DNA of 64,000 bases from a virus. Taxonomy: Duplodnaviria; Caudoviricetes. A program made the translations under genes and the position numbers. The DNA is taken from the IMG/VR virus record IMGVR_UViG_3300046318_000439, positions 96,001 through 160,000 of that record; one strand, written 5' to 3'. Every line of letters starts with the position of its first letter. The first letter of the stretch is position 1. This document shows positions 36,856-47,385 of the stretch, piece after piece. The notes beneath the pieces are model-generated. The model saw only the letters and a list, made by a program, of their open reading frames with translations, had not been told where the DNA came from and searched no databases.

Positions 36856-38463
36856 TTATTCCTTTGAATCAAACTGTTTTGATAATTCTTCAATACGAGC
36901 CAACTCTTCTGATGAGAGTGTAATGTTCTCTTCTACTTTTTCTTTTTCTGGCTTCTTCGTGTACACAGTACCAGTTGAAATCTTTTTCTTTTCAAACTTA
37001 CCAGTACCTTCTTGCTCTTTACGCTTCTTCAACCAAGCGTCCATTTCAGCAAATCCTTCTGTATACAAACCGCCATAACTTTCCTTACCACGCTTCTCTA
37101 GTTCTTTAGAAGCATGAATGACGCGATCGCGTTGATCGTGAGATACATGATACTCAGAAGTACCACTATCTTCATCATGAGTAATCTTGCTAATCTTTGC
37201 ACCAACTTTATCCAACGCTGCCTTAGCATGCTTCTTCATAAAATCAGTAGCGCCAGATAAAATATGAGTAGCTTCTTCTAACTCATTTTCTTCTTTAACT
37301 TCTTTATCTTCTTTGTCTTCTGGTTTAACGCGAGGCTTACCAAACTTTAAATTCTGTTTGTCTTTAATTGTATCCATCACATTACCGCCACCGATAATCT
37401 TACCATCTTTATCGAGAGTTAGCTTTTCATCTAATTCTGTTGGCTCAGTATCTTCTTTAATTTTTTTTACAAGACTTTTAGTGGCTTTATTAATACCCAC
37501 TAAACGGTTTGCGAACTTGTTAGCAGTTTTATCTTCTTCTTGTCCTGCTCCCATGCGATATGCATCACTAGCAATTGAATGCTTAGCTTTATTGATATAG
37601 CTGGCTAACGTTTTTGCTTTCAATTCATCAATCTGTTCTACTTCTTCTTTAGCAAGTTGCTTTTCTTTCTGAGCAATCTTTTTCTTCATATTCATGGCTC
37701 TGCCAGCATAGTGCTGAGCAGCATATTTGTTATCATCCATGTGCGATTGGAATGCTTTATTGCCTAGCTTTTCTTTAGCAGATTTCATTGTGTCGATTGA
37801 GATTTCATCAAGCTGCTCGCCTTCAACTTCTACACTCTCCATTGGCTCTTTCTTGCCTTTGATGAATGCTTTCAATCCTTTTCCTACGTTGTGTAGAGGA
37901 CCTGGCTTCTTACCAGCTGTCTTTAACCATGACTTATCTGACACGTCAGTATTCTTAGATGGGGTAGCTTCTTCAATCTTCTCACCATTAAGAATTGTTT
38001 CATCAGCTACATCTGCTTGCATTTTAGATTTACGGCTACGGAGCACTTCGAAATCGTGTGCATCAATCTTACCGTTCTTGTTAGCATCAATCTTTTTCTG
38101 ATTAGGATGTAAGGCTTTAGCTTCATCTACTGACTCTGTGACTGGCTTAGCAGCACCACGAGCAGCGTATGCACGTTGAATGGCTTCTGATTCAGCTTTT
38201 TGCTGTGCTGCTGATTCAGCAACTGATTTTGCATATACAGCACTGATTGCGTCATTGACACGGCGCTCTGGAGCTTTAGAAGCGTAAGTATTTACTTTAG
38301 CTTCTTCTGTAGACAATGGACGAGCAGCCATCTTTGTATACTGAGATGATAACTGTTCATTTGTGGTTTTAGCCGCTTCTGCTTTAACTTTGGACGAATC
38401 TTTAAGTACGCCAGAAACTGAGTCTAGCAACCCTTTTGATAATCCTAAATCTAATTCTTTCAT
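36856..38463 (-). CDS. Putative internal head polyprotein
   Basis: Repeated VTE/VDE/IEE/LDE/IDE/LEE junctions; EF-hand-like DANKNGKIDAHDF; GATAAATA late box at 38496-38503. Confidence 0.55.
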   Translation of the reverse strand: MKELDLGLSKGLLDSVSGVLKDSSKVKAEAAKTTNEQLSSQYTKMAARPLSTEEAKVNTYASKAPERRVNDAISAVYAKSVAESAAQQKAESEAIQRAYAARGAAKPVTESVDEAKALHPNQKKIDANKNGKIDAHDFEVLRSRKSKMQADVADETILNGEKIEEATPSKNTDVSDKSWLKTAGKKPGPLHNVGKGLKAFIKGKKEPMESVEVEGEQLDEISIDTMKSAKEKLGNKAFQSHMDDNKYAAQHYAGRAMNMKKKIAQKEKQLAKEEVEQIDELKAKTLASYINKAKHSIASDAYRMGAGQEEDKTANKFANRLVGINKATKSLVKKIKEDTEPTELDEKLTLDKDGKIIGGGNVMDTIKDKQNLKFGKPRVKPEDKEDKEVKEENELEEATHILSGATDFMKKHAKAALDKVGAKISKITHDEDSGTSEYHVSHDQRDRVIHASKELEKRGKESYGGLYTEGFAEMDAWLKKRKEQEGTGKFEKKKISTGTVYTKKPEKEKVEENITLSSEELARIEELSKQFDSKE

Positions 38464-38503
38464 TTTATCTTCCTATTAATTTAATTGTGTTAAGCTATTT
38501 ATC

Positions 38504-39019
38504 CTAGAGATCTCTTGGGTTCAGAATGTATGTTTTAACTTCTTCTGTGACCGGCTCTGGTTGTTTTTCTTCTTGAACAGGTGCTCCCATCATACTTGAT
38601 CTGAGCATCCATCCATGTTTCTTGTGAGTATCAATACGACCTTCTAAGAAATTCACCAATCCACGTTCATTATATCTTTCCGCTGCTTCGTGTACTTCTT
38701 TAAGCACAGCAATAACTGTTTCATTATCGCGATACAAAATAGACACCATCTGCTGTAATACAGGAACACTTGTTTGACATTCAATTTCTGATAGACTTAG
38801 GTATTGCGTGAATGATCCATATGCAACTCCATCGAGAGCGCGAATTTGTTCTGCTGTCTGATCTACTGCCTCGTATGCATCTCCATACAATTCTCCAAAG
38901 AAGTCATGGAACTGGAAAAAGTCTTGTCCCTTAACATTCCAATGGAAGAATTGCGACTTCAAATAAAATGCAAACGTTGTTGCAAGAAGTTTGTTTGATT
39001 TTTCAATTAATTCACTCAT
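38504..39019 (-). CDS. dps: Dps / ferritin-like protein
   Basis: FHWNVKG...FHDFFGELY...DQTAEQIR and HKKHGWML. Confidence 0.9.
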   Translation of the reverse strand: MSELIEKSNKLLATTFAFYLKSQFFHWNVKGQDFFQFHDFFGELYGDAYEAVDQTAEQIRALDGVAYGSFTQYLSLSEIECQTSVPVLQQMVSILYRDNETVIAVLKEVHEAAERYNERGLVNFLEGRIDTHKKHGWMLRSSMMGAPVQEEKQPEPVTEEVKTYILNPRDL

Positions 39020-41133
39020 TATGCCCCTACCTTTTTACTTGCTGACCATGACCAGTTGCATGACCAGTAATTTGCTTTCCATTTTGGACCTGGATTATCA
39101 CAGCCATGTCTAGCACGATATGCTTTACGACGGTCTGGATCATCGCGTTTGATTTCTAAGTTTGGATCTCCAAATCCTAGCTTAATAACATTACCTTTGT
39201 CATTCTTTACATAGACGGCAAACTTCTTTGGGCCACCTGGTGTACGGAATGGTTTATTCAAAGCACGTCCTTCGTTATTCTCTTCTACAAGAGTATTCCA
39301 TTGTTCTTCTGTCCACTCTTCGTAAATGTAGTCTTCTTCCGGTACGCATACGTTTTCTTGCTGTACACGCTTACCACCAGCTAATTTTTCCTTAGCAAGA
39401 TACAGAATAACGTTTGCTACAGTATCATAGTCTTTTTTCTTAAGGGCAGCAACAATCCTTTCCTTCATCATAGCCAATTGTGGAGATTGTCTGCGTACGA
39501 TTTTATTAGCTGCGCGAGTGAATACTGAGCTATCCTTTGCTTCGATAATCTTACGATTCATCTCGCCAGTAGCGCGTCTAATTAACTCAGCTTTCTTACG
39601 AGCAGCTTTTAATTTGTCTTCTTTTTCTAACGCTTCAATTTCTGCTTTAATAACACTGTGTTGACTGAATGAATGAACTTTAGGTAGGTTCTCCACATCA
39701 ACGTTGGTCATATCGCGTGCTGTATATTGTACAGTCTTACGCTCTAATAGATCAGCATCTTCCTCAGCTGCCTTACCATTCGATAGGAATGAATTGACTC
39801 TTGCAAATGCATATTGTTGTGGTGTTAGTGTAGAATCGCTAGGGTATGATTTAATCCCACGAGCAAATACTTCCACAATAGCTTCAAACTCAATTCCAGC
39901 CTTATGTGCTTTTTGCTTGAGAGCAATCGCTGCTTTCTCTGTTAGTGTTTTATTACCATCTATTTCATAAGACGCTATAAGAGGAGTTGGAGCATTGCGA
40001 ATTTGTTTGCCTCTAGCTATAGAAGCAAGACGGTTAATGTCATCACGCTTAACTCTTGGTGCCAAACGATTAGCCATCTTGATAATTTGCTTCTTACGCT
40101 TATCTGCCAAACGATCAACTGCTATCTTATCGCCAACTGTTAGCTTGTTATAGTTTGTACCACGTTGACCAGCAATACGTGTTCTGATTACTGCACGAGC
40201 ACGCTTCAAAGCTCGACGTCGCATTTGTACGGCCTTAGCTAAACGCTTACGAGCAATACGACGAGCTGCTTCTAATTTCTTAGCGTTACGTTTCATCGTA
40301 ACAGCTCTACGCAACCGCTGTTGCATCGATAGTGCTTCGGACAAATCTTCTTTAATTGATGATATGTGTTTAATCATTTCTTTTGCATGAGGCTGTAAGG
40401 CTTTTGGTAAGCCAGATTTAAATTCTTCATGGTTTCCAGATTTTGCATGTTCACGCATCTTTGTACCTGACATTCCTTCTACACCCTCTGCATCTGGATC
40501 GCGATGACCGGCTGAAACTACTTTAATAGATTTAAAGTTATAGTGACCGTGTTTTGATGGTACATTGTTGTATTTCGTCAACATTTTGTGATATTCAGCA
40601 ACACGATCGCTACCAGCAACTACTACTAAATGTTTGTGGCCTTGATTATGTAAATTGGCTGCAGCGTGTAAAATACTTGGTTCTTGCTTTGATGATCCCA
40701 TCACCTTTGTGTCTTTATCAGCAACTTTATGCAAGTAACCTATCTTCTTATCTTGAGGTAGTGGGTCTTTTTGAGTACCTTCTGAGTGGCTAGCTACGAT
40801 GTGAGGAGTGCCGCCATGTTCTTTAGCAACATCTTCAACTTTATGAATCAGCTTTTCGTGACCAACAGTAGGTGGATTGAATCTACCAAAGGCCATTACA
40901 GCTGTTGACTCTTTAGCTTCTAGAATTGGAGGTGAATCTGGATTGATTACAACCTGATCTGCAGGTTGTCCAGTCATTGTAGTACCAGCCTTTTGAGCAG
41001 GAGCAGCTACTGTTTTAGCTTCCTTCTTAGCTGGTGTTTTTTGTTTAACTTGTTGTTTCTTTTCGCTTTTTTCCAATTTTTGGATATCTTCTAGCGAAAT
41101 GTCGCCACTAAATGGCTCGTTATTTTCAATCAT
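39019..41133 (-). CDS. HxGH nucleotidyltransferase (cytidyltransferase-like) fused to Glu-bounded modules
   Basis: FGRFNPPTVGH, AGSDR and MSGTKMR; later modules QYAFARVNSF and RARHGC...ANYWSC. Confidence 0.8.
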   Translation of the reverse strand: MIENNEPFSGDISLEDIQKLEKSEKKQQVKQKTPAKKEAKTVAAPAQKAGTTMTGQPADQVVINPDSPPILEAKESTAVMAFGRFNPPTVGHEKLIHKVEDVAKEHGGTPHIVASHSEGTQKDPLPQDKKIGYLHKVADKDTKVMGSSKQEPSILHAAANLHNQGHKHLVVVAGSDRVAEYHKMLTKYNNVPSKHGHYNFKSIKVVSAGHRDPDAEGVEGMSGTKMREHAKSGNHEEFKSGLPKALQPHAKEMIKHISSIKEDLSEALSMQQRLRRAVTMKRNAKKLEAARRIARKRLAKAVQMRRRALKRARAVIRTRIAGQRGTNYNKLTVGDKIAVDRLADKRKKQIIKMANRLAPRVKRDDINRLASIARGKQIRNAPTPLIASYEIDGNKTLTEKAAIALKQKAHKAGIEFEAIVEVFARGIKSYPSDSTLTPQQYAFARVNSFLSNGKAAEEDADLLERKTVQYTARDMTNVDVENLPKVHSFSQHSVIKAEIEALEKEDKLKAARKKAELIRRATGEMNRKIIEAKDSSVFTRAANKIVRRQSPQLAMMKERIVAALKKKDYDTVANVILYLAKEKLAGGKRVQQENVCVPEEDYIYEEWTEEQWNTLVEENNEGRALNKPFRTPGGPKKFAVYVKNDKGNVIKLGFGDPNLEIKRDDPDRRKAYRARHGCDNPGPKWKANYWSCNWSWSASKKVGA

Positions 41134-41174
41134 ATTTTCCTTATCAGGTTTGCCGGGGCCTTACTGAGATGGGG

Positions 41175-41182
41175 TATTTATA
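41175..41182 (-). promoter_or_regulatory. T4 late promoter
   Basis: Exact TATAAATA. Confidence 0.75.
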
Positions 41183-41188
41183 ATTCTT

Positions 41189-42376
41189 CTAGCCTCTTAC
41201 CTTTGCAAAGTTGGCTTTACTGAATTCTTTCCTATCGACAATCTTGGTAGGTCTATTATTAATTACGGCTACATGGCCTTCTGGTTTTGTTTCGGCACCA
41301 TCAATTGAGTGACCATATGATGTGTGGGATGATAATGCATTTGCTAATACATTCTTAGCAGATTGTAAATGGTGATGCAGTTGTAAAAGATTACCGAAGT
41401 GCTCTGAGTTTTTATCTACATGCCCAGTTAACTGTTTTCCTGCACTCAATATCTTATTCTTACCAGCTTCTGTTTTTAGTTTATCAGCAGCTTTGGTGTG
41501 GTGAAGGGTAAGGTGATCGTGATAACCTTCAACAGAAGGGGTTTCGTCGGTTCTTACCGTCTTATTAATATAAGTCTTCAAGTGGTCGGCGTGAGCTTCA
41601 GCAGCGTCATATCCCCCACTCTTTAATTTCTTGTGTAGTGCCTCAGCAGCTTTCATGTGTTGTTGGAACTCAGCAGCATGCTCAGGCTTGTATTTTGTTT
41701 TTGAGGTTTCGTGGTTAGTGTTAATTATATGCACATCTGGATGGTGAGTAAACCCCTCAGCATCAGAATTAAACTTTGCTTTAAGATCCCCAAACGAATT
41801 ACCACTATACGATGTGTGTACAGCAACTCCAATTTTAGAATCTTTAACATCTTCTGATTCTCCAGGCTTGTGAGTAGAGTATGTAATTGTATTTGGTGTA
41901 AAGTGTGCTTGACCTTTACTCAATGTAACATCACCATGTGGATTATCTTTGCTCTTTACGCCACTATGCATGATATCACCTTGGAATACACCTTTACTTG
42001 GTGTAACTTTAGGTAAATGCTTGAGAGCTGCTTTTAATTTTTCAACCAATCCTGGTGCATGTCCGTGATTCTCTTCAATATCTTTTTCAGAATAATTAAT
42101 CTTAGGATTCTTATTGAATGCAGATTTAGATGCTACGAAGAATTTACCACTTTCTGGATGTCGGCCAAACACAATTGATGGTGAACCATCATACTTTGTA
42201 CTAATAGACACATTACTTGTTTTACCTTGCAATGCATTATGAATACCAGTTAGCGTCTTTTTGGCATGATCAAACCCAGCAGAGCCAGCATTGAGGACGT
42301 GGTCTTCAGCATGCTCTAAGTGAGTTAGTTTATCTTCAGTTGTTGCCTCGGAAAGGAATTCTTTTATGTTTAGCAT
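41189..42376 (-). CDS. Conserved T4-like late hypothetical protein
   Basis: LTHLEHAED, TKYDGSPSIVFG and PEGHV...KIVDRKEFS; CATAAATA at 42382-42389. Confidence 0.75.
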   Translation of the reverse strand: MLNIKEFLSEATTEDKLTHLEHAEDHVLNAGSAGFDHAKKTLTGIHNALQGKTSNVSISTKYDGSPSIVFGRHPESGKFFVASKSAFNKNPKINYSEKDIEENHGHAPGLVEKLKAALKHLPKVTPSKGVFQGDIMHSGVKSKDNPHGDVTLSKGQAHFTPNTITYSTHKPGESEDVKDSKIGVAVHTSYSGNSFGDLKAKFNSDAEGFTHHPDVHIINTNHETSKTKYKPEHAAEFQQHMKAAEALHKKLKSGGYDAAEAHADHLKTYINKTVRTDETPSVEGYHDHLTLHHTKAADKLKTEAGKNKILSAGKQLTGHVDKNSEHFGNLLQLHHHLQSAKNVLANALSSHTSYGHSIDGAETKPEGHVAVINNRPTKIVDRKEFSKANFAKVRG

Positions 42377-42392
42377 GTATGTATTTATGAAC

Positions 42393-43787
42393 TTAGTATA
42401 TCTTAATAAAAGGTCCAGCTGTTGACAACTCTTTTTTGGCTCCGTAGAACAATACTCTCAAAAAGTCCTCTAATACACCTTTATTTTTAAAAACCAACAT
42501 ACTGGCTGCGTAATGCATGCCTTGTAGTTTGTTGGAAAAGCTGTTTGCAAACTTAACGCTATCTTCTTCTTTAAGGATAGCATCTTTTAGAAAAGCTTCA
42601 AATTGAGATGTAGTACGAATATAACTGCCCCAGTTTACCTGATCGTTGATAGTATCAAACAACTTTACATATTGCTTTATATCTTCTGGAGTCCAATTTC
42701 CAACTTTCGGTAGTTCCGATCCTTTGACGCGAGTTTGAGCATATCGTGTGAAAAAGCCATCTATCACGCCTGTTGGTACTTTACCTAATCGAGCACCCCC
42801 AGTGAACTTCGTCAACTCCGTCTGTACTGTTTCTCGTTCTCCCTGACCTGGGAACCCTCTTACCTGAGCTGGCACACTGCCATTCGTTTCACCTTCTATT
42901 CCAATTTTAAATGACATTTCTCTTGTGGTAAAGTCGGAACCCTGATAATCCAAATTTATAGTAATATCAGATAACAGTTTAAACTTTTCTTGTTTGGTAT
43001 TCTTTGTGGTTGACGCATTTGTTTCTTCTACGTGAGCTACTGAGCGCGTGTCTCCTAACCGTTTGAGAGAAATACCAATCAAAGTCTTTGATGCTAGCTG
43101 GGTTCGCATATATGCATTAAGAGCATCTAATCCTCCCTCACCATCATGATTTTTTCTCAACTTCATTATGGCTGCAGTTATTGATGATTCCTTATCTTTC
43201 TTAACAATATACACGTCTGCGGGGTTCCATGAGTCTTTACTCTTAACCCCAAACATTTTAGCGGTTGATTCAACAACCTCCATAATGCCATCTCCACGAT
43301 AGTAGTTGTAGGATTTGTTTGATCCCAAATACTTCTTAAGAGCAATGGACTGCTGTTCGAAAGTGTGTATCCATATATCGTTTACTAAAGGGTATATTTT
43401 ATACACCGATTCTGGCGATGGATACTTTCCCTTTTCAATATAGCTTTCAAAATAGAGACGAGAGCAATTTTCCTGCTTAGCTGTTTCGGCCGCATCACCT
43501 ACAGTTTGTTTGGCTTCGCCTGCACTACCAGATCCAAATTTAATATCAAGTTTTGATACATCGATGTTAGATTTCTTAAGAGTGGCAATCACTTCTTTAA
43601 TTAAAATGCCACTCCGTTCCACCTCGCGTGGAATCTTTACTGTTCTGAAATTTGTAGTAGGATCGAGAATTATACCGACTTTGTATACTTTTTGCACTAC
43701 ATCAAATAATAATGCTACTTGAGAAGAATACGCTTTCTTTTTGTCGACTATCTCTTTACTGGTTTTGGGAGCGAAGTTGAATGCCAT
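42393..43787 (-). CDS. Hypothetical protein with PD-(D/E)xK-like motifs
   Basis: QE...WNPADVY...LIGISLK; GATAAATA at 43804-43811. Confidence 0.5.
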   Translation of the reverse strand: MAFNFAPKTSKEIVDKKKAYSSQVALLFDVVQKVYKVGIILDPTTNFRTVKIPREVERSGILIKEVIATLKKSNIDVSKLDIKFGSGSAGEAKQTVGDAAETAKQENCSRLYFESYIEKGKYPSPESVYKIYPLVNDIWIHTFEQQSIALKKYLGSNKSYNYYRGDGIMEVVESTAKMFGVKSKDSWNPADVYIVKKDKESSITAAIMKLRKNHDGEGGLDALNAYMRTQLASKTLIGISLKRLGDTRSVAHVEETNASTTKNTKQEKFKLLSDITINLDYQGSDFTTREMSFKIGIEGETNGSVPAQVRGFPGQGERETVQTELTKFTGGARLGKVPTGVIDGFFTRYAQTRVKGSELPKVGNWTPEDIKQYVKLFDTINDQVNWGSYIRTTSQFEAFLKDAILKEEDSVKFANSFSNKLQGMHYAASMLVFKNKGVLEDFLRVLFYGAKKELSTAGPFIKIY

Positions 43788-43850
43788 TATATTTCCTTTA
43801 TTTTATTTATCGCCCTAAAACGATAACAAAAAAGGTCAAATGACTATAGA

Positions 43851-44241
43851 TTACAATCCAAAGATTTTAGGACTATATTGAGTAGATCCATCGTTACGGA
43901 AATGATCTTCTAGCATCTCAAACACGAACGCTTCATCTTCCTTGCCACGACGCTCGAATTCTTCCTTAGCTGTTTTGAAGAACTGCACTAATCCCATATG
44001 GCTAATATGACCTGCACCAAGAGCTGCTGGTTTAGTATTTGCTTTTCGTTGAAACATCACTCTCTCCATATATTAATTCAGTTAAAAATGCATGTGCTTT
44101 GACTTCACACTCAAAGTATCGCACAATTGACGTATTAAAGTCAACATTATAAAAGATTAAACATATGGAATCGTTGTTAAAAACGCTGCCTTGTATCACC
44201 CAACCGTTCAATAATAAAGGTCTAAGCGACACCAACTTCAT
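43851..44241 (-). other. Two small hypothetical ORFs (43851-about 44003 and 44032-44241)
   Basis: ORF track and tight packing. Confidence 0.5.
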
Positions 44242-44243
44242 GA

Positions 44244-44732
44244 TTAGTTGTCGCGTTCGTACTTAGTACGGTGGTACTTTATCTTGTGTTTGTGAGCAAA
44301 ACGTGACCAAAGACCATATTCTCGTCCGTGCGCTTCTATTTCCCACGGAGTATCCCAGTAGTCCATAGAAGAAGGCATTCTTTTGCCTTTCCACACACTC
44401 ATATTCTCGTCTAACTCACCCAAAGCATATTGTTTTAAGTGGACAAATTCATGAGCCAAGGTCATCATCATATAACGCTTGGATTTATTTTTACGGATCT
44501 GAATAGTGAATTCACGAGGCTTTCCTCGCACATTATGACCAGTTACTTCGCAGTATCCATCCGCATCTTTATCGAGTTTGCTCATAAAGTCGATGTCTAC
44601 TGAGATGTGACGAGCGATTCTGTTGGATAAAAGCATACTAAGATAGAACTCACATGCTTTATGCACGGCGTTCTTGAACTTATTATCGGTTAATCCAGAA
44701 ATGCCTACTAACATACGGTTTTTAACGAACAC
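44244..44732 (-). CDS. HExxH zinc metallopeptidase-like protein
   Basis: LAHEFVHLKQY...PWEIEA. Confidence 0.8.
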   Translation of the reverse strand: MFVKNRMLVGISGLTDNKFKNAVHKACEFYLSMLLSNRIARHISVDIDFMSKLDKDADGYCEVTGHNVRGKPREFTIQIRKNKSKRYMMMTLAHEFVHLKQYALGELDENMSVWKGKRMPSSMDYWDTPWEIEAHGREYGLWSRFAHKHKIKYHRTKYERDN

Positions 44733-44920
44733 GTCGTCCCTCGTAGATTATTACTCGTCTTCTATATGTATCTGTTTTAGCTCTTTGTCAAGCTCCCACC
44801 ACAGGTCCACGGGCATGTGGAAAATAGCCATAAAATACTGGAATCCCATCACCAACGTCGTAAAAACGAAGTTGATGGGGAAGAGTACTGTCCAAGCACC
44901 TAGAATTGTTATATATTCTT

Positions 44921-46309
44921 TCAACTGAAGTTCTCAAAAACGTTTTTGTCAAATTTACGTTCAGACTTCATACGCTTTCCAGTATCGGTATTATCAAATA
45001 ACGGCTTATCATCCACAACATCATCTTGCGCATGTTGTTCAACGTCGTATAGCTTCATTTTAGCTCTATCTACACCGATAACAAACCTACGATGTACAGA
45101 TGGATCTCCAAAACGATTCTTCAGCTGTTTGACCATAATTTGATTCATTTCTTGCAATTCTTCAGTAGAAATTAATGCAAACATAAGGTCAGCTGTAGCT
45201 GGTAAACCAAACGACTCAGATGTATCCTCTAAACCAAGATCGGAACTCGTAAATCCTGAACGCGTTGTTTGTGTAGCACTCACAATTGGCACGTTAAATT
45301 CAACGGCTAATCCTCTAAGCTCTTCAGCAATGGCTTTAATGTATGTGTATGAATTAACATTAGAACCATACTTCAATCTAGAAGAAGCACAAATATTTAG
45401 ATAATCAATGTAAATGATATCCGGTATAAAGTTTCGTTTTAACTTTAATTCGTTCAATAAATGTCTAAAGTGAGCTGCTCCAGCACTTGCTGTTGGATAT
45501 TCTTTAATAATCAGTTTACCAGGAGATGAGGATCTGATACGTGCAACTTTCTTCTCGTAGATATCTCTTGGCAATAAAGCTAACTCATCCATCGATACGT
45601 TTAGTAGATTTGCATCAACACGTTCAGCGATTCGTTCTTCAGCCATCTCGCAAGTGATGTAAAGAACATTCTTACCTTTCGATATATTACTTGCAGCACA
45701 GTGACACATGAATAAAGACTTACCGACGTTAGTGCCTGCCAAAATAATATTCAATGTCTTGTTAGGCAAACCCCCTTTAGTAATACGATTAAAGTAATCC
45801 AAGTCAAAAGGCACGCGTGTTTCTTTACGGTGGTAGAAATCATAACGCGATTCAGCATCTTCTAAAAAGTCATGGCCAATGTGAGTATCAAATGAAACTC
45901 CCAATGCATCAGATAATATCTTAGGAATTGCTCCCTTATCTTCTGATGCATTCTTATTGTCGAGAATACCAATACTTTGATAGATCGCATTGTAGATTGC
46001 TTTGTCTTGACAGAACTTCTCAGTTTCATCTAGAAGCCAATTAACGTCAGCTGGTTTATCTTCTAACACATCAATAGCTTTTGTTAGCTTCTCGTGCTCA
46101 TCATCAGATAGACCAGGATAGTTATCTGCTTCAACATAAAGGGCTGTCTTTGTAGGAAAGTTATTATACTTCTCAACAAACTTTGCAATCACATTAAACA
46201 ATGACTGATCAACGCGACTCTGAAAATACTCCTTCTTAAGAAAAGGAATAACCTTTCTACCATACTCTTGATTAAATACTAGGTTAGCAAAAATTGTTTG
46301 CTCGATCAT
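44921..46309 (-). CDS. gp41: Replicative helicase
   Basis: AGTNVGKS, TCEMAEE, IDYLNI, ATQTTR, SESFGLPATAD and KQLKNR. Confidence 0.96.
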   Translation of the reverse strand: MIEQTIFANLVFNQEYGRKVIPFLKKEYFQSRVDQSLFNVIAKFVEKYNNFPTKTALYVEADNYPGLSDDEHEKLTKAIDVLEDKPADVNWLLDETEKFCQDKAIYNAIYQSIGILDNKNASEDKGAIPKILSDALGVSFDTHIGHDFLEDAESRYDFYHRKETRVPFDLDYFNRITKGGLPNKTLNIILAGTNVGKSLFMCHCAASNISKGKNVLYITCEMAEERIAERVDANLLNVSMDELALLPRDIYEKKVARIRSSSPGKLIIKEYPTASAGAAHFRHLLNELKLKRNFIPDIIYIDYLNICASSRLKYGSNVNSYTYIKAIAEELRGLAVEFNVPIVSATQTTRSGFTSSDLGLEDTSESFGLPATADLMFALISTEELQEMNQIMVKQLKNRFGDPSVHRRFVIGVDRAKMKLYDVEQHAQDDVVDDKPLFDNTDTGKRMKSERKFDKNVFENFS

Positions 46310-46317
46310 ACTGTCGA

Positions 46318-47385
46318 TTACTCCTCAGTGATCATTTTAAGTTCTTCGTCAATTGATTCATCCGTAGACATAATCGAACCAGTAGATACTTGATAAGTTT
46401 TCTTAACCCAATCTTGGAATCCTTTATTCTGAATAACAGGGGCCCAGAAATCTTTCGTATCCGTATCCTTGATACGGAACTTCTTATCTTCTACAACTCC
46501 ATCTTCATCGACACGCGAGTACCAACCATTAGAAGGTTTGATAACGTGACCTGATTCTAAAGCCATATCAAGTAAACCAGACCAAGTTGAAATACCACCA
46601 TCATGTCTTACGGTAATAGGAATCTTAGACTTCTCACGCACATGACGTGATTTCTCTACGTTGATAATAAAGTTATAACCAATCAACTCAGTACCTTCTT
46701 TTTCTTGCTGACGACCTAAGATGAAGATATTATCAGCAGAGTAGTAAGAACCAGTACCGCCACCAACAACATCTTTAGAATATAACTCCAATGTCTTGTA
46801 TGTGTGATTAACAACAACCATTGGGATATCCTTTAGAGTTAGATGCGGTGTTACCATACGGAACAAACTCTTCATCTGTTTAGCACGACTCATATCTGCA
46901 GCAGACTTACCTTCCATTGCATCCTCTACTTCTTTCTTAGAAGCTAAGTTACCGATAGAATCAATAACAATGATCACATGCTCTTCACGTTCGATGCCGT
47001 GTAGCTGTTTCATAATGTCAAACTTTAATTGCTCTACGTCAGTAATAGGAGTGTGAACAACACGACCTAAGTCAATGCCAAACGATTCGAAGTATGATTG
47101 TGGTGTGCCAAACTCTGAGTCATAAAACAACATAACAGCATCTGGATACTTGTCCAAATAAGAACGAGCCATCAATAAGCTGAATGCAGTTTTGAAATGT
47201 TTAGATGGACCTGCCCACATAGTTAAACCAGGAGTCAACCCGCCATCGAGTCGACCACTCAAAGCAACGTTAATAGCTGGAATAGCTGTCGGAATCATAT
47301 CCTTTTTCTGAAAGAACTTAGAATCAGAAAGAATTTCAGTATCACTGATTGTACTATTCTTACGTAGTTTATTAATCAAGCTCAT
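46318..47385 (-). CDS. uvsX: RecA-like recombinase
   Basis: GPSKHFKT, DSEFG, IDSIGNL and GGGTG. Confidence 0.96.
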   Translation of the reverse strand: MSLINKLRKNSTISDTEILSDSKFFQKKDMIPTAIPAINVALSGRLDGGLTPGLTMWAGPSKHFKTAFSLLMARSYLDKYPDAVMLFYDSEFGTPQSYFESFGIDLGRVVHTPITDVEQLKFDIMKQLHGIEREEHVIIVIDSIGNLASKKEVEDAMEGKSAADMSRAKQMKSLFRMVTPHLTLKDIPMVVVNHTYKTLELYSKDVVGGGTGSYYSADNIFILGRQQEKEGTELIGYNFIINVEKSRHVREKSKIPITVRHDGGISTWSGLLDMALESGHVIKPSNGWYSRVDEDGVVEDKKFRIKDTDTKDFWAPVIQNKGFQDWVKKTYQVSTGSIMSTDESIDEELKMITEE

